This document shows, piece after piece, positions 24,743 to 36,975 of a DNA stretch of 64,000 nt. The notes under the pieces were generated by a model. The model saw nothing but the letters and a program-made list of their open reading frames with translations, made no database searches and was not told the DNA's origin. The stretch spans positions 156,426,001 to 156,490,000 of the forward strand of contig NC_042997.1 in the NCBI RefSeq assembly GCF_006345805.1. Reading direction: 5' to 3'. Source of the stretch: Octopus sinensis (taxonomy: Eukaryota). The translations under genes and the position numbers were made by a program. How positions within the stretch are numbered: the stretch's first letter is position 1; each line of letters begins with the position of its first letter.

Positions 24743-25299
24743 CAAGGTGGTATCAAAAAGTTCCCAGACTAGTTATGTTTAAAAATAAAAAAATAACTTA
24801 TTAATCTTATTAAGTTATGTTTAATAAAAAAATAACTTATTAATCTAAGTCTTAACATCATCTCCTTCAAAATAATCACCTTGCGCAGTAATACATCAGT
24901 CCCAGCATTCCTACCACTTTTGGAATCTGGCCTGTAAGTCATTTTCCGTAAGCAAATCAAGGACCTTCTGTCTTCCAGGGACACTCATCCACTTGAAACC
25001 CATTGCTTAGTCACCATAAGCTTGTCAAAGCATGCTCAATGCTTCTGAAACAGACTTCCCAAGTTTAATGCAAATTTTCACATTGGCTCTTTGTTCCTGT
25101 CCATCACATAATCGTAGACTACAGCAAACAGGTGATCACAAAAACACAAATTTCACAACTTACAAAGTAAACAGAGTGATATCACTTGGCACACTGCCTC
25201 ATGAAGGCCACTGCTAGCCGTCACGGCACATGCAAACCATGTGCTGCCAACTGTTGGCATGCTACAGAACAAGTCCAGTAACTTTTTGATACCACTTCA
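24743..25299. mobile_element. Internally deleted mariner
   Basis: TA|caaggtggtatcaaaaagttcc ... actttttgataccacttca|TA. Confidence 0.82.
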
Positions 25300-25449
25300 T
25301 ATTATAGAGGTAAGCTGGTAGAGCCATTAGCATGCCAGCCAAAATACTTAGAGGTATTTCTTCCAGTAAAAATATAATCAATTTACCATTCTACTTAAAT
25401 TGCAGGCCTTGTGTCAAAATTAGAAAGAATCATAATTATCATTGTAATG

Positions 25450-25810
25450 GAATGTTAAAAGCACCATTCAAGCATGATCATTGCCAGGGCCACTGACTGG
25501 CTCCCATGCTGGTGGCACATAAAAAATGCACCATTTGAGCGTAGTCACTGCCAGTACTGCTGGACTGGCTCCTGTGCAGGTGGCATGTAAAAAGCACCAC
25601 TTGAGAGTGATTGATGCCAGTACCACCTGACTGGCCCTTGTGCCAGTGGCATGTAAAAGTACCCACAAGACTCTCAGAGTGGTTGGCATTAGGAAGGGCA
25701 TCCAGCTGTAGAAACTTTGCCCAATCAGACTGGTGCAGCCTTCTGGCTCACCAGTCCCCAGTCAAACCGTCCAACCCATGGAAAGCGGACATTAAATGAT
25801 GATGATGATT
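25450..25810 (+). mobile_element. RTE 3' UTR fragment
   Basis: Tandem UTR subunits, terminus and gatgatgat. Confidence 0.87.
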
Positions 25811-26225
25811 AGCAATATTATTATTAGTCTTAAGATAAAGGTAGTAGAAAGACAGAATTGTTAGAGTGTCAGACAAAATACCTTATGATATTTTTGCCTG
25901 GTCTTTAAATTCTGAGTTAAAATCCTGTCAAGGCCAAATTTGCTTTTCATCTTTCTGGGATCAATGAAATAAACACCAGTCAAGTATTGGGGCTGATATA
26001 ATCAACTATTCTGCCCCCACCCTACCCATCCACCACAAAAACATAATGTCAGACTTTGTGCTTATGGTAGAAATAATTATTAGTTCAAGGTCAAGCTAAA
26101 AGTGCTTTTGTAAAAGTTGAAAAGGTATGGCAAACAGCAATATCACTCGAAGTTATATTCCATCTTAAACAACACAAAATCGAACAACGATAAAAAAAAT
26201 TCTAAATGATTGAATATAATCATAC

Positions 26226-26261
26226 CCTGCAAAAGGAGTTCCCATTGAATGCAATATTGAA
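26226..26261 (-). other. Candidate 36-nt exon
   Basis: tttttgaatttag|TTCAAT...GCAGG|gtatga; open in all three frames. Confidence 0.18.
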
Positions 26262-26335
26262 CTAAATTCAAAAACACACAAAAAAAACAGTAAAAATACT
26301 CCTTAATTGCAAACCAAAATAACAACAAAAAAAAA

Positions 26336-26722
26336 GTACAAGCATGGATGTGTGGTTAAGAAGTTCACTTGAAGACCATGTGGTTTTGAGTTCAATTCCA
26401 CTATCTGGTACTTTGGGCAAGTTTTTTTTACTATAATAGTCCCAAGCCATCCAATGCCTTCTGAGTGGATTTGCTAGACAGAAACCATGCTGAAACTCGT
26501 TGTGTGTGTGTGCCTGCATGTGTCTTTATGTTTGCCCCCAGCCACTGCACCACAGCTGGTGTAGCTCTGTTTATGCTTATGTAACTTAGTAGTTCAGCAA
26601 GGGACACCAATAGAATAAGTGCCAGATTTTAAAATAAGTTCTGGGGTTGATTTGTTCAACTAAACCCTATAATGGGGTGCCCCAGCATGACTATAGTCCA
26701 GCAACTGGGACAAATAAGGGAG
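26336..26722 (+). mobile_element. Full-length diverged SINE family B
   Basis: Head, (TG)n middle and tail co-linear with 48268-48649. Confidence 0.82.
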
Positions 26723-26843
26723 AAAAAGATAAGGATACTAGCTCCTTATCAACAATGTGAAAGTGAAGTTCTAAACTTAAGGACTGACATGAACAGGTCG
26801 AAAAAATTATAAAAAGCATTATAATCTCACATCATGGACAACT

Positions 26844-26901
<58 letters not shown>

Positions 26902-27311
26902 TGTGTGTGTGCTTGTCTGTGTGTGTTTGTGTGTGTGATGTTTATAGTCTAAAATACACTGGTTTTTAAACTGTAAATACAAACATCTCTCTCTCTCTCT
27001 CTCACACACACAATGCCAATTCTTAGATTTTAATAAAATATTTTAGCTCTTTAAAAAGAATTTATTTAAATATTTGCAATAATCCGATTAACTGTTGATT
27101 CAAGTGACTTACTTTGATCAATTTTATTTGTTTTTCAGTCAACTGTTTACAACCAACAGTCAGCATACAGTACTAAGATGGCGGTACTTCTATATCAGCG
27201 ATGGGGAACCCCTAGCTTGCATTTAAATTTGAAATGTCCAGCAGACAATATTTTAAAATCCTTTGATATAAGATGTATACCTATAAATGTGTAAAAATAA
27301 ATAGTCATTAT

Positions 27312-27460
27312 AGGCAGGCATGGGTGTGTGATAAGAAGCTTGCATGGTTCTGGTTTCAGTCCCACTGCATGGCATCTTGGGCAAGTGTCTTCTACTATAG
27401 CCCCAGGCTGACTAAAGTCTTGTGAGTGGATTTGGTGGACAGAAACTGAAAGAAGCCTGT

Positions 27461-27498
<38 letters not shown>
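27312..27498 (+). mobile_element. SINE family B head ending in (TA)n
   Basis: ggcatcttgggcaagtgtcttctactatagcccc motif. Confidence 0.85.
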
Positions 27499-27500
<2 letters not shown>

Positions 27501-27639
27501 TTCAGCAAAATTTAGATTCAAATGAATATGGTACTTAAGTTAGATGCACCAGAATTTTGTATGGTGTTATCCATATAAATCCATGGGGTGATTATAATAA
27601 AAAATAAGCAACAAGAATAACTTTGGTAATTTGGTTCAA

Positions 27640-28411
27640 TTGTAATGTTTAATGTTTGATATGTTTATCTTTTCAGGTATAGAAATGGCATTTGCTTGAA
27701 GAGGAAAGGCGTTTTGTGTGTTGGAGTATGCTCAAACACAGTCAAGCAAGATTGTGCAGTGTGCATGAGAGAGTTCTCTAAAAAGTTGCCAATGGCAATG
27801 CAGATTTGGTCATGGCACAAAAAGTTCAAAGAGGAAGGCTGTCTGTGCAGGGCAGAAGGATCTGGACAACCACTAACATTGGAAGAGATGGTTGAGCAGG
27901 TTTGCCACAAACTCATGTAAAGCCCCAAGAAGTCCATAAGAAGAACAAGTCTGGAAATCCAGATTCCTCCAATGACAGTTTGGTACATCCTGAGGAAACG
28001 TTTGCTAATGAAACCTTACAAGCTGCAGCTCATTCAGGCCATAACAGCAGATGACAAGTGAAAGTGCAAACATGGGGCTATGTGAAGGGCCTGGTCTATG
28101 TTCTCCCTTTTCCTGCAAATCTAGAGGAACTCCAGCAGAGAATCACTACTACACTGAAGACTGTTACCCAAGACATGCAGCATGTTTGGGAGGAGCTGGA
28201 CTACTGACTTGACATGTGTCATATCTCAGGCAACGTGCATATTGAACATTTGTGAAATTGTTCATGGAATCCACATACCTTTGAATTTCTCATTCAAATT
28301 TGGAGGAATAAATCTTATATTGCTCAACATTAAGCCTGTTTAGTTTCATTTGCTTTGACTAAGTAGTTTCTGTGATTTTTACATCTCAAATGATATCAAA
28401 TGTTTTGAAAC

Positions 28412-28417
<6 letters not shown>
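27640..28417 (+). mobile_element. Decayed Tc1/mariner-superfamily transposon with a DUF4817-type N-terminal HTH (rosa/DD41D-like), internally deleted
   Basis: WHKKFKEEGCLC...GSGQP, SPKKSIRRTS, KPYKLQLIQA, GYVKGLVY and LEELQQRI remnants; right TIR tttgaaacaccc|ta; left end not located. Confidence 0.8.
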
Positions 28418-28476
<59 letters not shown>

Positions 28477-28599
28477 TCAACAAATAATCTGTTGAGATTC
28501 CTATTCACCCTGATGAGGGGTTCATTGCCATGATGCACCTTAACTCATAATCAAACTGCGGCAAAGAACTCTGGAAATGGCCATAGATGTGTTTGACTT

Positions 28600-28880
28600 G
28601 ATTTTGTGGAACTCTTTTATGCTCCTGGACTCCAACCTACCATGGCTTTTATGAAATGAACTTTTTTGACATATATTTTTTGTTTGAGGGGAGTAAGAAA
28701 AATCTTTTCAGTCAACTGATATTCTATTTTATTTAGATTTTTAGTCACATGACACACTTTAGAAATTTTAGTCGAGTGTATATATTGTCTTGTATATAAA
28801 CATCAAATGGCTATGGGGGTTTATCCAAGTAAAATTGGAATCAAAGGGTTCCATAGGGAAAAAATGACTGAGAACCCCTG
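28600..28880. mobile_element. Possible hAT-like terminal fragment
   Basis: Ends gggttccatagggaaaaaatgactgagaacccctg, resembling Charlie-type ends; no partner TIR found. Confidence 0.4.
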
Positions 28881-28961
28881 TATTAAAAATTCCTTACATC
28901 TGCTTTAAACAACCATTCAACCAAGAGAGAACCAAATTTCCCGCAAAGGAAAGATAGATTT

Positions 28962-29420
28962 ATCATCATCATCATCATCATTTGATGTCTGTAAGGTGTT
29001 GAGCAGGCAGAATCGTTAGCATGCCAGGTGAATTGCTTAATGGTATTTCGTCTGTCATTACAATCTGAGTTCAAATTCTGCCGAGGTTGAGTTTGCCTTT
29101 CTTCCTTTCAAAGTCAATAAAATAAGTACCAGTTATGCACCAAGATTGTTGTAATTGACTATCCTCCTCCACCACAATTTCAGGTCTTGTGCCAAAAGAA
29201 AAAAGGCTTATGCAGGCATGTGTAGGATGGTTTGACAGGAACTTGCAAACCACAGGGCTGTGCCAAGCTCTAATGTCAGTTTGGCCATGGTTTCTACAGC
29301 TTGATGCTCTTGTTAATGTCAACCGCTTTAAAGTGTGTACTGGCTGCTTTTTTTTTTATGCCACTGTTCTTTTCCTGCAAGACAGGAAAAGAACAGAAAA
29401 GCTGCCTCAAAAAAGTGGTG
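28962..29420. mobile_element. Family A SINE (+) between a (CAT)n tail and a minus-strand RTE-tail fragment
   Basis: gagcaggcagaatcgttagcatgccagg...gagttcaaattctgccgagg; then catggtttctacagc-tgatgc. Confidence 0.75.
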
Positions 29421-29519
29421 GGGGGAGTATTTAAGAGGAGGTGATTTTATGCTGGGTTTTGAAAGAAGGAACAAGCTCAGGTGTCTTGCTATGGAGTGGT
29501 ATATGGCTATCCCACATTA

Positions 29520-29930
29520 TATAATGATGGGAGTAGCTGGAAAAAAGATATAGATGATAATAACAGGGTGCCAGAACAAACTTTCAAGGTACAAGAGAGG
29601 TATAAGAGAGAGCACAGAGAGTGGATCAGAGGGAAGAAGAGGGTGTAGTTTCATGAGAGTGTGAGGCGGGAAATAAAAGATGGTTAGGGATAATGGTAGA
29701 GGTGAATGTAGTGAATGATCAACAAAGGTGGAGATGCAATTGATTGGAAATATCAGTATGGAGATGAAAGAGATAGAATAATTCATGAAGGAGGATAGAC
29801 CAGAAAGTAGGGAAATGATGTGCAAGGTGTAGGAGCTGTGGGGAGGGAAGCATAGAGGTATACAATGGTGATTATAGTGAATGGGGTATGATGGTGGATA
29901 TGAGAGGATATTGAGAATAATAGCAGACAT
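29520..29930. repeat. Purine-rich (G/A-skewed) low-complexity tract
   Basis: About 400 bp strongly depleted of C on the plus strand; no exact period. Confidence 0.7.
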
Positions 29931-30399
29931 AACACATTGATACCCTTAAAAAGAAAACAAGTGAGTCATGGTTAGGTTTGCCTGCTCTGGATTGACTTAG
30001 GTTTTAAACACCAACTTGTACCAAAATCACAAGTTTCTGCTTCTAAGCAAATGTAATTGAAGCTGCACATTTTGTTCAGTTTCTTATTGTTAACTACCCC
30101 TCTTAGAATCAACAACACTCTATACTTTAAAATGAACTAAGTATGTTTGTATTTTTTAAAGTCTCTAGTTTTGTAGCTCTAATAACTTTACTAGAATTTG
30201 AAGAACCTCATCCTCCATCTAATAGAATAAACTCCTCATCACAAATTCTAATTATAGTTTGATGTGGATCATTAACAAAAAAATAAAAATGGTGAGGGAG
30301 AGGGAAAGAACAAACACAACAAAACACTGAGCAATAAACTTGTTAAATATTTGATTGACTATAGAAAAATTAAGCTTCACAGAATTATTTTACTTTCAG

Positions 30400-30795
30400 T
30401 TTGTGTTTATTTGTCCACACCCACCCAAACACATACCTTACACACACCTCAAACATACATTGTATATGAGCACACGCATGTGTGTGTGTATGACTGTATG
30501 AGTGTACATGTGTGTGTGTGTGTATATACACATACATGCTAATATATATATTTCTACACACATATATGTACACACACATACTAATATATATATTTCTACA
30601 CCTACACATGCATATATATATATACACACATGCACTCAAATACACCTCCATATATATATATATATATATATACGTGTTTATATGTGCATACACTTGCATC
30701 TATATATGTGTATATATATACACACACACATACATGCACACACAAACACACTGACACGCCCCCATATATCTGTGTGTATACATATGCACGCAAAC
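30400..30795. repeat. Complex (TA/CA/TG)n low-complexity block
   Basis: Directly visible. Confidence 0.9.
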
Positions 30796-31169
30796 TAGAA
30801 TGTTAATTTTCATCAATCATTCTACTAAAGGTTTTAGTTTTTGTTGTATATAGTTGTTTGCTTTAAAGCAACACTCCAGTTAAATTCTCTCAGAGAAGTG
30901 GTTAAATATTGATTGAACTTCATTTGATTTTACAAGAAATCTAAAACCAGATGCCATAAATAAAATCCAAAACACACTTTAATTACAGAGGCAGAGTGAC
31001 TAAGTTTTCGAATTGTTGGACTACTGACAAAAATGTTATGAGTTCAAAACAAGTTACTGGCATCATTTGTTATTGTAGTAGTTATCCCCACTTCAGCTCT
31101 GATCAAGGAGATATTTGAGCAAAAGCATTCCAGATGTGACCATCAAGTCTCATTTTATTTCTTTATTTT

Positions 31170-31492
31170 CAAGCAGGAAGCAATAACAAATGACTGAGAC
31201 TTTTGGCAATACGCTGTGCTTGAGTAGAAGACCCATCAAGCCAAATGAAATCATAGTTGCAGCAAATACTGGTGTCACACAACTGGTCATCCATGCCAGT
31301 GGAATGTAAAAGCACCCATTACACTCTTAGTGTGGTTGGTGTTAGGAAGGGCATCCAGCTGTAGAAACTTGGCCTAATCAGACTGGAATCTGGTGCAGCC
31401 CTGGTCAAACCATCCAACCCATGCCAGTATGGACAATGGACGTCAAATGATGACAATGATGAGAATGATGAGGATGATGAGGATGATGAGTA
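31170..31492 (+). mobile_element. RTE 3' fragment
   Basis: gtggttggtgttaggaagggcatccagctgtagaaac plus a degenerate GAT tail. Confidence 0.85.
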
Positions 31493-32103
31493 TAATCTAA
31501 TTCTTTATGCTTTTTGGCTTAAAGAAATCTAAATCCCAATGTGTACTTCGTTTTTAAATAGTAGGGTACAATTTGCTATTTCTAGCAGGTTAAATGACCA
31601 TATATAAACTCTCTCCACTTACACTGACTTGTTAAATTTTCAGTTAAGAATATTCATGATATTTCAATTCACATTTACATATTTACATATTTATGTATTT
31701 GGTTCTTCACTGCATGAAAGTTTTGTGTAAAGCTGGTGCTCCAGAATGGTCTTAGCTGTGATAGCTTAAATAATCCAAAGAAATGAAGTATATACATTGC
31801 TCTGTATTTAAGCAGTCTGCTATATTCAAATATATATACAGAAACAGATGTATATTAATAATTATATTTAATCATTTCAATGCATCTTAGGCTGCTAGAG
31901 AGTAAGCAGGTGTGAAACATATCTCCAATCATCTCAATACTACATCAAATCATTGTTGTTAACTAATGTTCTTGGATCTGACTGCATTAACTCTATCTTC
32001 CCAAACCTTTAGGACTACTACAAATACTAGATTTCACAATCCCTAATAATCTCTTATGGTGACCCCACCCACTTCATACATATAACATCACTAAAATTGC
32101 ATC

Positions 32104-32673
32104 GTGGAGGCATGTGGCTTAGTGGTTACGGTGTCAGCATCATGATCGTAAGATTGTGGTTTTGATTCCTGGACCGGGCGAGGCGTTGTGTTCTTGAGCA
32201 AAACACTTCATTTCACATTGCTCCAGTCCACTCAGCTGGCAAAAATAAGTAACGCTGCGATGGACTGGTGTCCCATCCAGCTGGGGAACACATACGCCAT
32301 TGAAACCAGGAAACTGGGCCCATGAGCCTGGCTAGGCTTTAAAAGGACGCAAGTGGAGGCACAATGGCCCAGTGGTTAGGGCAGCGGACTCGCAGTCAGA
32401 GGATTGCAGTTTTGATTCCCAGACTGGGTGTTGTATGTGTTTATTGAGCGAAAACACCTAAAGCTCCACGAGGCTCTGGCAGGGGGTGGTGGCGACCACT
32501 GTTGTACTCTTTCGCCCCAACTTTCTCTCACTCTTTCTTCCTGTTTCTTGAGTAATGCTGCGATGGACTGGCATCCCGTCCAGCTGGCAGGGAACACATA
32601 CTCCATAGAAACTGGGAAACTGAGCCCATGAGCCTGGCTAGGCTTGAAAAGGGTGCATAAATAAAAAAAATAA
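32104..32673 (+). mobile_element. Heterodimeric SINE (family C): two tRNA-headed monomers, 32104-32352 and 32353-32673, under one 11-bp TSD
   Basis: TSD aaaattgcatc at 32093-32103 and 32674-32684. Both monomers start gtggaggc and share a 3' part (gctgcgatggactgg...cccatgagcctggctaggc) resembling Nin/Deu-type domains. Confidence 0.85.
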
Positions 32674-34267
32674 AAAATTGCATCACAAATATTAAGACTC
32701 TTCTTTAAATCTAGTTTATACATCAGGGCTCTATTTCCACAAATCTAATGTAAGACTAACACTGGATTACTGCTTGTATTGATGAGATGGTGCTGCTGCT
32801 ACAAACACACACACACACACACACACATGCAAATATCTTAGAATAACTCCAAAACAATTTGGCCTTGATCTATGATATTCCCATGTGGGTTTGGATTTGA
32901 CTAGTCAATCACCAATGACCTTAAACAACTCAGACATGCTGTTTCTTTTCTCTGTCTTTCCTATCACTATAATAACCTCTGCTCCTCTGACTTAACCAAC
33001 AGTACATTTTTGCCACCCAGACCCACTCATTCAACAGTTTTTTTCTCTTTCTGTCACTCTTATTATGTTTCACCTCCAAGATATGACACTAAATACTTCG
33101 CTAATCCTTCTTCTCCAGATCTGTGGTCCTCTACATTTCCTTCTACACCTTTTTTTCCAATATTTTTACACCAACATTTCTTTTAGACATCAGTTTATAG
33201 ATGTCAAATCAAGCTTACAAGTTGGGAGGACCTTCAAAGTTCATGAGCGCTGCTCTTTCTTCTCTAGCTAACTTATTAAGTAAAAGTCTTTGATCTTTCT
33301 CAGCCACAACTATCCTCCACCATGAACTTATACATCATACATCATCCATTTGTATCACGTGCCCATAGTAACATAGTTACCATGCTAGCATATTATCTAT
33401 TATTATCTCATCTGTTCCTATTTATTAATTTACTAGCTACAGTCAAAATAATACAGCAAACCATATTTGCCTGGCCTGCAAGAAAAAAAAATCCATTCAT
33501 GAAATTATATATCTTGCTGTGTTTCATAAAAATATCTCAATATGCTGAATTAGACAAAAGTATGAAAACAGGTTAAAGCATTAAAAATTTAAAAACTGCG
33601 CATCTAAGTATCAACCTTATTTCTTATGTAATATAACTGTAATACAATGTGAAAAATGGAAGCATTATTAAAAAACTCAGATTTATAAAAGAGAGGAATA
33701 GAACAATCTGAAATTCTTACATCAACTGATTTATTCTATGCTGTTCGTGTATATGTTAGTATATACTTAGGTACAATAGTAACTCTGGTATTTTTTCTAT
33801 TCTTTCAGTGAAGCCTTATAATTAATACAATATTCTTCCAAGTAATGACCAAGTGAGTATATGTGGTGAAGGTATTATGTTGGTTACGTCAGAGGAACAG
33901 AGGTTATTGTTATAGCAACAGGTGAAACAGAGAGAATAAACAAGTTCCTATATTTCTAGAAGCCTTATTCTATTGCATGGCCAAAATAGTCCAGTTTTTT
34001 CTCAAACTGAGCTTAAGTAATAAACAAGTAAATCATCCTCAGATCAAAATGCCACATCACTTGCCAATGAAAGATAATTCAGGAATTTGAATAATATAAT
34101 ACTAAAAAGTATAACTTTAATAATAACATTCAATCTCTTTACTATACATATTGGACATTCTATTCAATTTTATACAATTCAGTCCATATATTTTAACAAC
34201 AAAATTTCACTAAAATACAGTGTATGAAAAGACCAAGGAGAGAATCAACATTTAAGATTAAGGGTAT

Positions 34268-34800
34268 CAAATTCGATGACTGGCATCCATGCTAGTGGGG
34301 TGTAAAGAGCACCATACGAGTGTGATCGTTGACAGAGCGGCTAACTGGCTTCTGTGCCAGTGGCACATAAAAGGCACCATTCGAGTGTGATCGTTACCAG
34401 CATTGCCTTACTGGCACTTGTGCCTGTGCTAGTAGGGTGCCAAGAGCACCATCCAAGTGTGATCGTTGCCAGAGCATCTAACTGGCTTCTGTGCCGGTGG
34501 CATATAAAAGGGCGCCATTCGAGTGTGATCGTTACCAGCGTCGCCTTACTGGCACCTGTGCCGGTGGCTTGTGTACATTGTCAGTACCGCCTGACTGGCC
34601 CCCGTGCCAGTGGCACGTAAAAAGCACCCACTACACTCTCAGAGTGGTTGGCGTTAGGAAGGGCATCCAGCTGTAGAAACTCTGCCAGATCAAGATTGGA
34701 GCCTGGTGCAGCCATCTGGTTCGCCAGCCCTCAGTCAAAATCGTCCAGCCCATGCTAGCATGGAAAGCGGACGTTAAACGATGATGATGATAATGATGAC
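34268..34800 (+). mobile_element. RTE 3' UTR with a higher-order duplicated subunit array
   Basis: Two ~135-bp A+B blocks in tandem, then the terminus and (GAT)n. Confidence 0.9.
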
Positions 34801-34859
34801 GAACAAAAGCCAAAATATTGGTGGTAGAGCATTAGGGCCCTTTGTGATTCTTATAGCTG

Positions 34860-35180
34860 AAACATCACATCATCACCATCATTTCAACATCCAACTTTTC
34901 CTGCTTGCATGCATCAAATGGAAGGAGATTTTTTACAGCCAAATGCCCTTCTTGTTACCAACCCTCACCTATTTCCAAGCAAGGTAGTATTTTCAATGGC
35001 TTGACATGTTTCCATAGAAAATTGGAAATAAATGACACCACTTGTATGATGGTGACACTCGTTTACAACTATTGTGTAATGTCAAGACAAGGAGACACAA
35101 ATGCATATGTGGTAAGAAGCTTGCTTACCAACTACATGGTTCCAGGTTCAGTCCCACTATGTGACATCTTGAGCAAGTGG
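34860..35180. mobile_element. Minus-strand RTE-tailed SINE fragment followed by a plus-strand family B head
   Basis: Reverse of the 2500-2876 type to ~35100, then tgtggtaagaagcttgcttaccaac. Confidence 0.7.
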
Positions 35181-35554
35181 CTCCTCATGGCTTCTGATTT
35201 TAACTGATTGGAAGTGTTATCATGTACATCATAGCCGTGTATTGAGAGGAATTCTTTGGGTTTTGAATAATTCACCTCTGGAAACATGGGTGTTTCATTC
35301 AACATCCTTAAACAGCTCTTATTAAGGAACCTTTTGAGTGGGATGGGCTACACAGCCTGAAGAAAATTCTAACTGGCCTCCACCTGCAAGGTCATGCACC
35401 GTTTATCTTGATATGAGATCACCATGTCATGTACATATGGTTGTGATGCATGTGCCTGGTCTACCCTTATTAGACGCGTAGTCATGATGGGTATACTGCA
35501 CTTCATATATTTTACCCTAGTGTCAGTTTGATGGCATGAACTTCTCTCTCACTC

Positions 35555-35555
<1 letters not shown>
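35177..35555. mobile_element. Unclassified (AAT)n-associated element, truncated and internally deleted copy
   Basis: Co-linear with 36001-36558 and 52887-53504; followed by (AAT)n(AGT)(GAT)n. Confidence 0.85.
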
Positions 35556-35588
<33 letters not shown>

Positions 35589-36000
35589 GTAATAGTAATA
35601 GTAATAGTAATAGTGATGATGATGATGGACTCTCCCATCAAAGATGATGTATGAGTGTTCAGATTTTACTGAGTGACCTGCATAAATAATTTATTTTCAT
35701 AGTGATCAAATGTTTGTGCTTCACATTAACTCACTCACTCCTTTACATCGATGTTGGCTGAACAGGTGCACAGTGTACCATCATGCATCAGGTGTCAAAG
35801 TGATCACAGAGCAATGTGACATAGTGTTCTGCTCAAGAATATAATGCACCACCAGGTCTAGGAATTGGAACCGTAGCATGGAAGACAGCTGTTAAACAAT
35901 GACGATGATGATGATAATGATCTTGCAGTCATGAGTGCAACACCCTAACCACTAGACCATGTGTCCTCACAGTATTATTATTAATAATAATAATAATAAT

Positions 36001-36558
36001 AAAAGCCCTGATGCAGTACCAGATAGTGGCTCTCATGGTTTCTGATCTTAACTGATTGGAAATGTTATCATGTACATTGTTTTGTCTTGGTATAAAAGAT
36101 GGGCTACAGCAAATATTCTGCTCAATACCACAGATTTGCTTGTCACTTGTTTGACGTTAACCAGTTGAGCATGTCCCTTAGTGGCTGACGATATGTGCAT
36201 CTCTGATCACAAGCAGAAGCAGTGGGGGAGCATCATAGCCATGTGTTGAAAGGATCTTTTAGAGGTTTGGATAATTCACCTTTGGAAACATGGGTGGTTC
36301 GTTCAACATCCTTAAACAAACCTTATTCAGGAACCTTTTGAGTGAGATGGGCTACTCAACCAGAAGAAAATTCTAACTGGGCCCCACTGCAAGGTCATGC
36401 ACTGTTTATCTTGATATGAGATCACCATGTCGCACACATATGGTTGTGGTGCATGTGCCTGGTGTACCCTTATCAGACGGGTAGTCATGCTGGGTATACT
36501 GGGCTTCATATATTTTACCCCATTGTCACTTTGATGGCATGCAATGCTCTCTCACTCA
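36001..36558. mobile_element. Unclassified (AAT)n-associated element, full copy
   Basis: (AAT)n on both sides; same ends as the 52887 copy. Confidence 0.88.
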
Positions 36559-36580
36559 ATAATAATAATAATAATAATAA

Positions 36581-36918
36581 GCATGCTCAGCTGACAACAA
36601 GGTATGCAATAAGGAAGAAAGAAAAGTCAATAGATATAACAAGTTAGTTTGGGAGGTTAAGCAGTTGTGGTTGATGTTAAAGGTGGTAGTAGTAACAATA
36701 ATTGTCGGAGCCCTGGGAAAAGTGAGTAAAAATCTTGAGAAGTACGTGGAACAAATAGGGACTGCAATAAGGGTGGAGCACTTGCAGAAAACAGCACTGC
36801 TTGGAACAACTCAAATACTCCAGATGATGCTTGAAATGTAAGGGGTGTTACCTTAGTTCACTGGTAGTGAACTGCTGGCACTGTAGTACATCTCCAGTGT
36901 TAGAAGCTGTGCAAAGAC
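36581..36918 (+). mobile_element. Dong/R4 non-LTR retrotransposon 3' end (restriction-like endonuclease C-terminus, 3' UTR, (AAT)18)
   Basis: KEERKVNRYNKLVWEVKQLW...IIVGALGKVSKNL...HLQKTALLGTTQILQ, stop at 36839-36841. Confidence 0.88.

Positions 36919-36972
<54 letters not shown>

Positions 36973-36975
<3 letters not shown>

Noticed and set aside
27176-27185. aagatggcgg YY1-like motif after a strong plus-strand acceptor
   Set aside because: It is a single short motif with no CpG island or other promoter evidence, and the downstream donor is weak.
28490-28580. ccctgatgagggg as a possible hammerhead ribozyme
   Set aside because: No GAAA follows a closable stem II and there are no matching stems I/III.
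32104-32420. tRNA-like sequences with A/B boxes (also the heads of families A and B)
   Set aside because: They are SINE heads with degenerate B boxes and no acceptor stem, continuing into SINE bodies; they are not tRNA genes.
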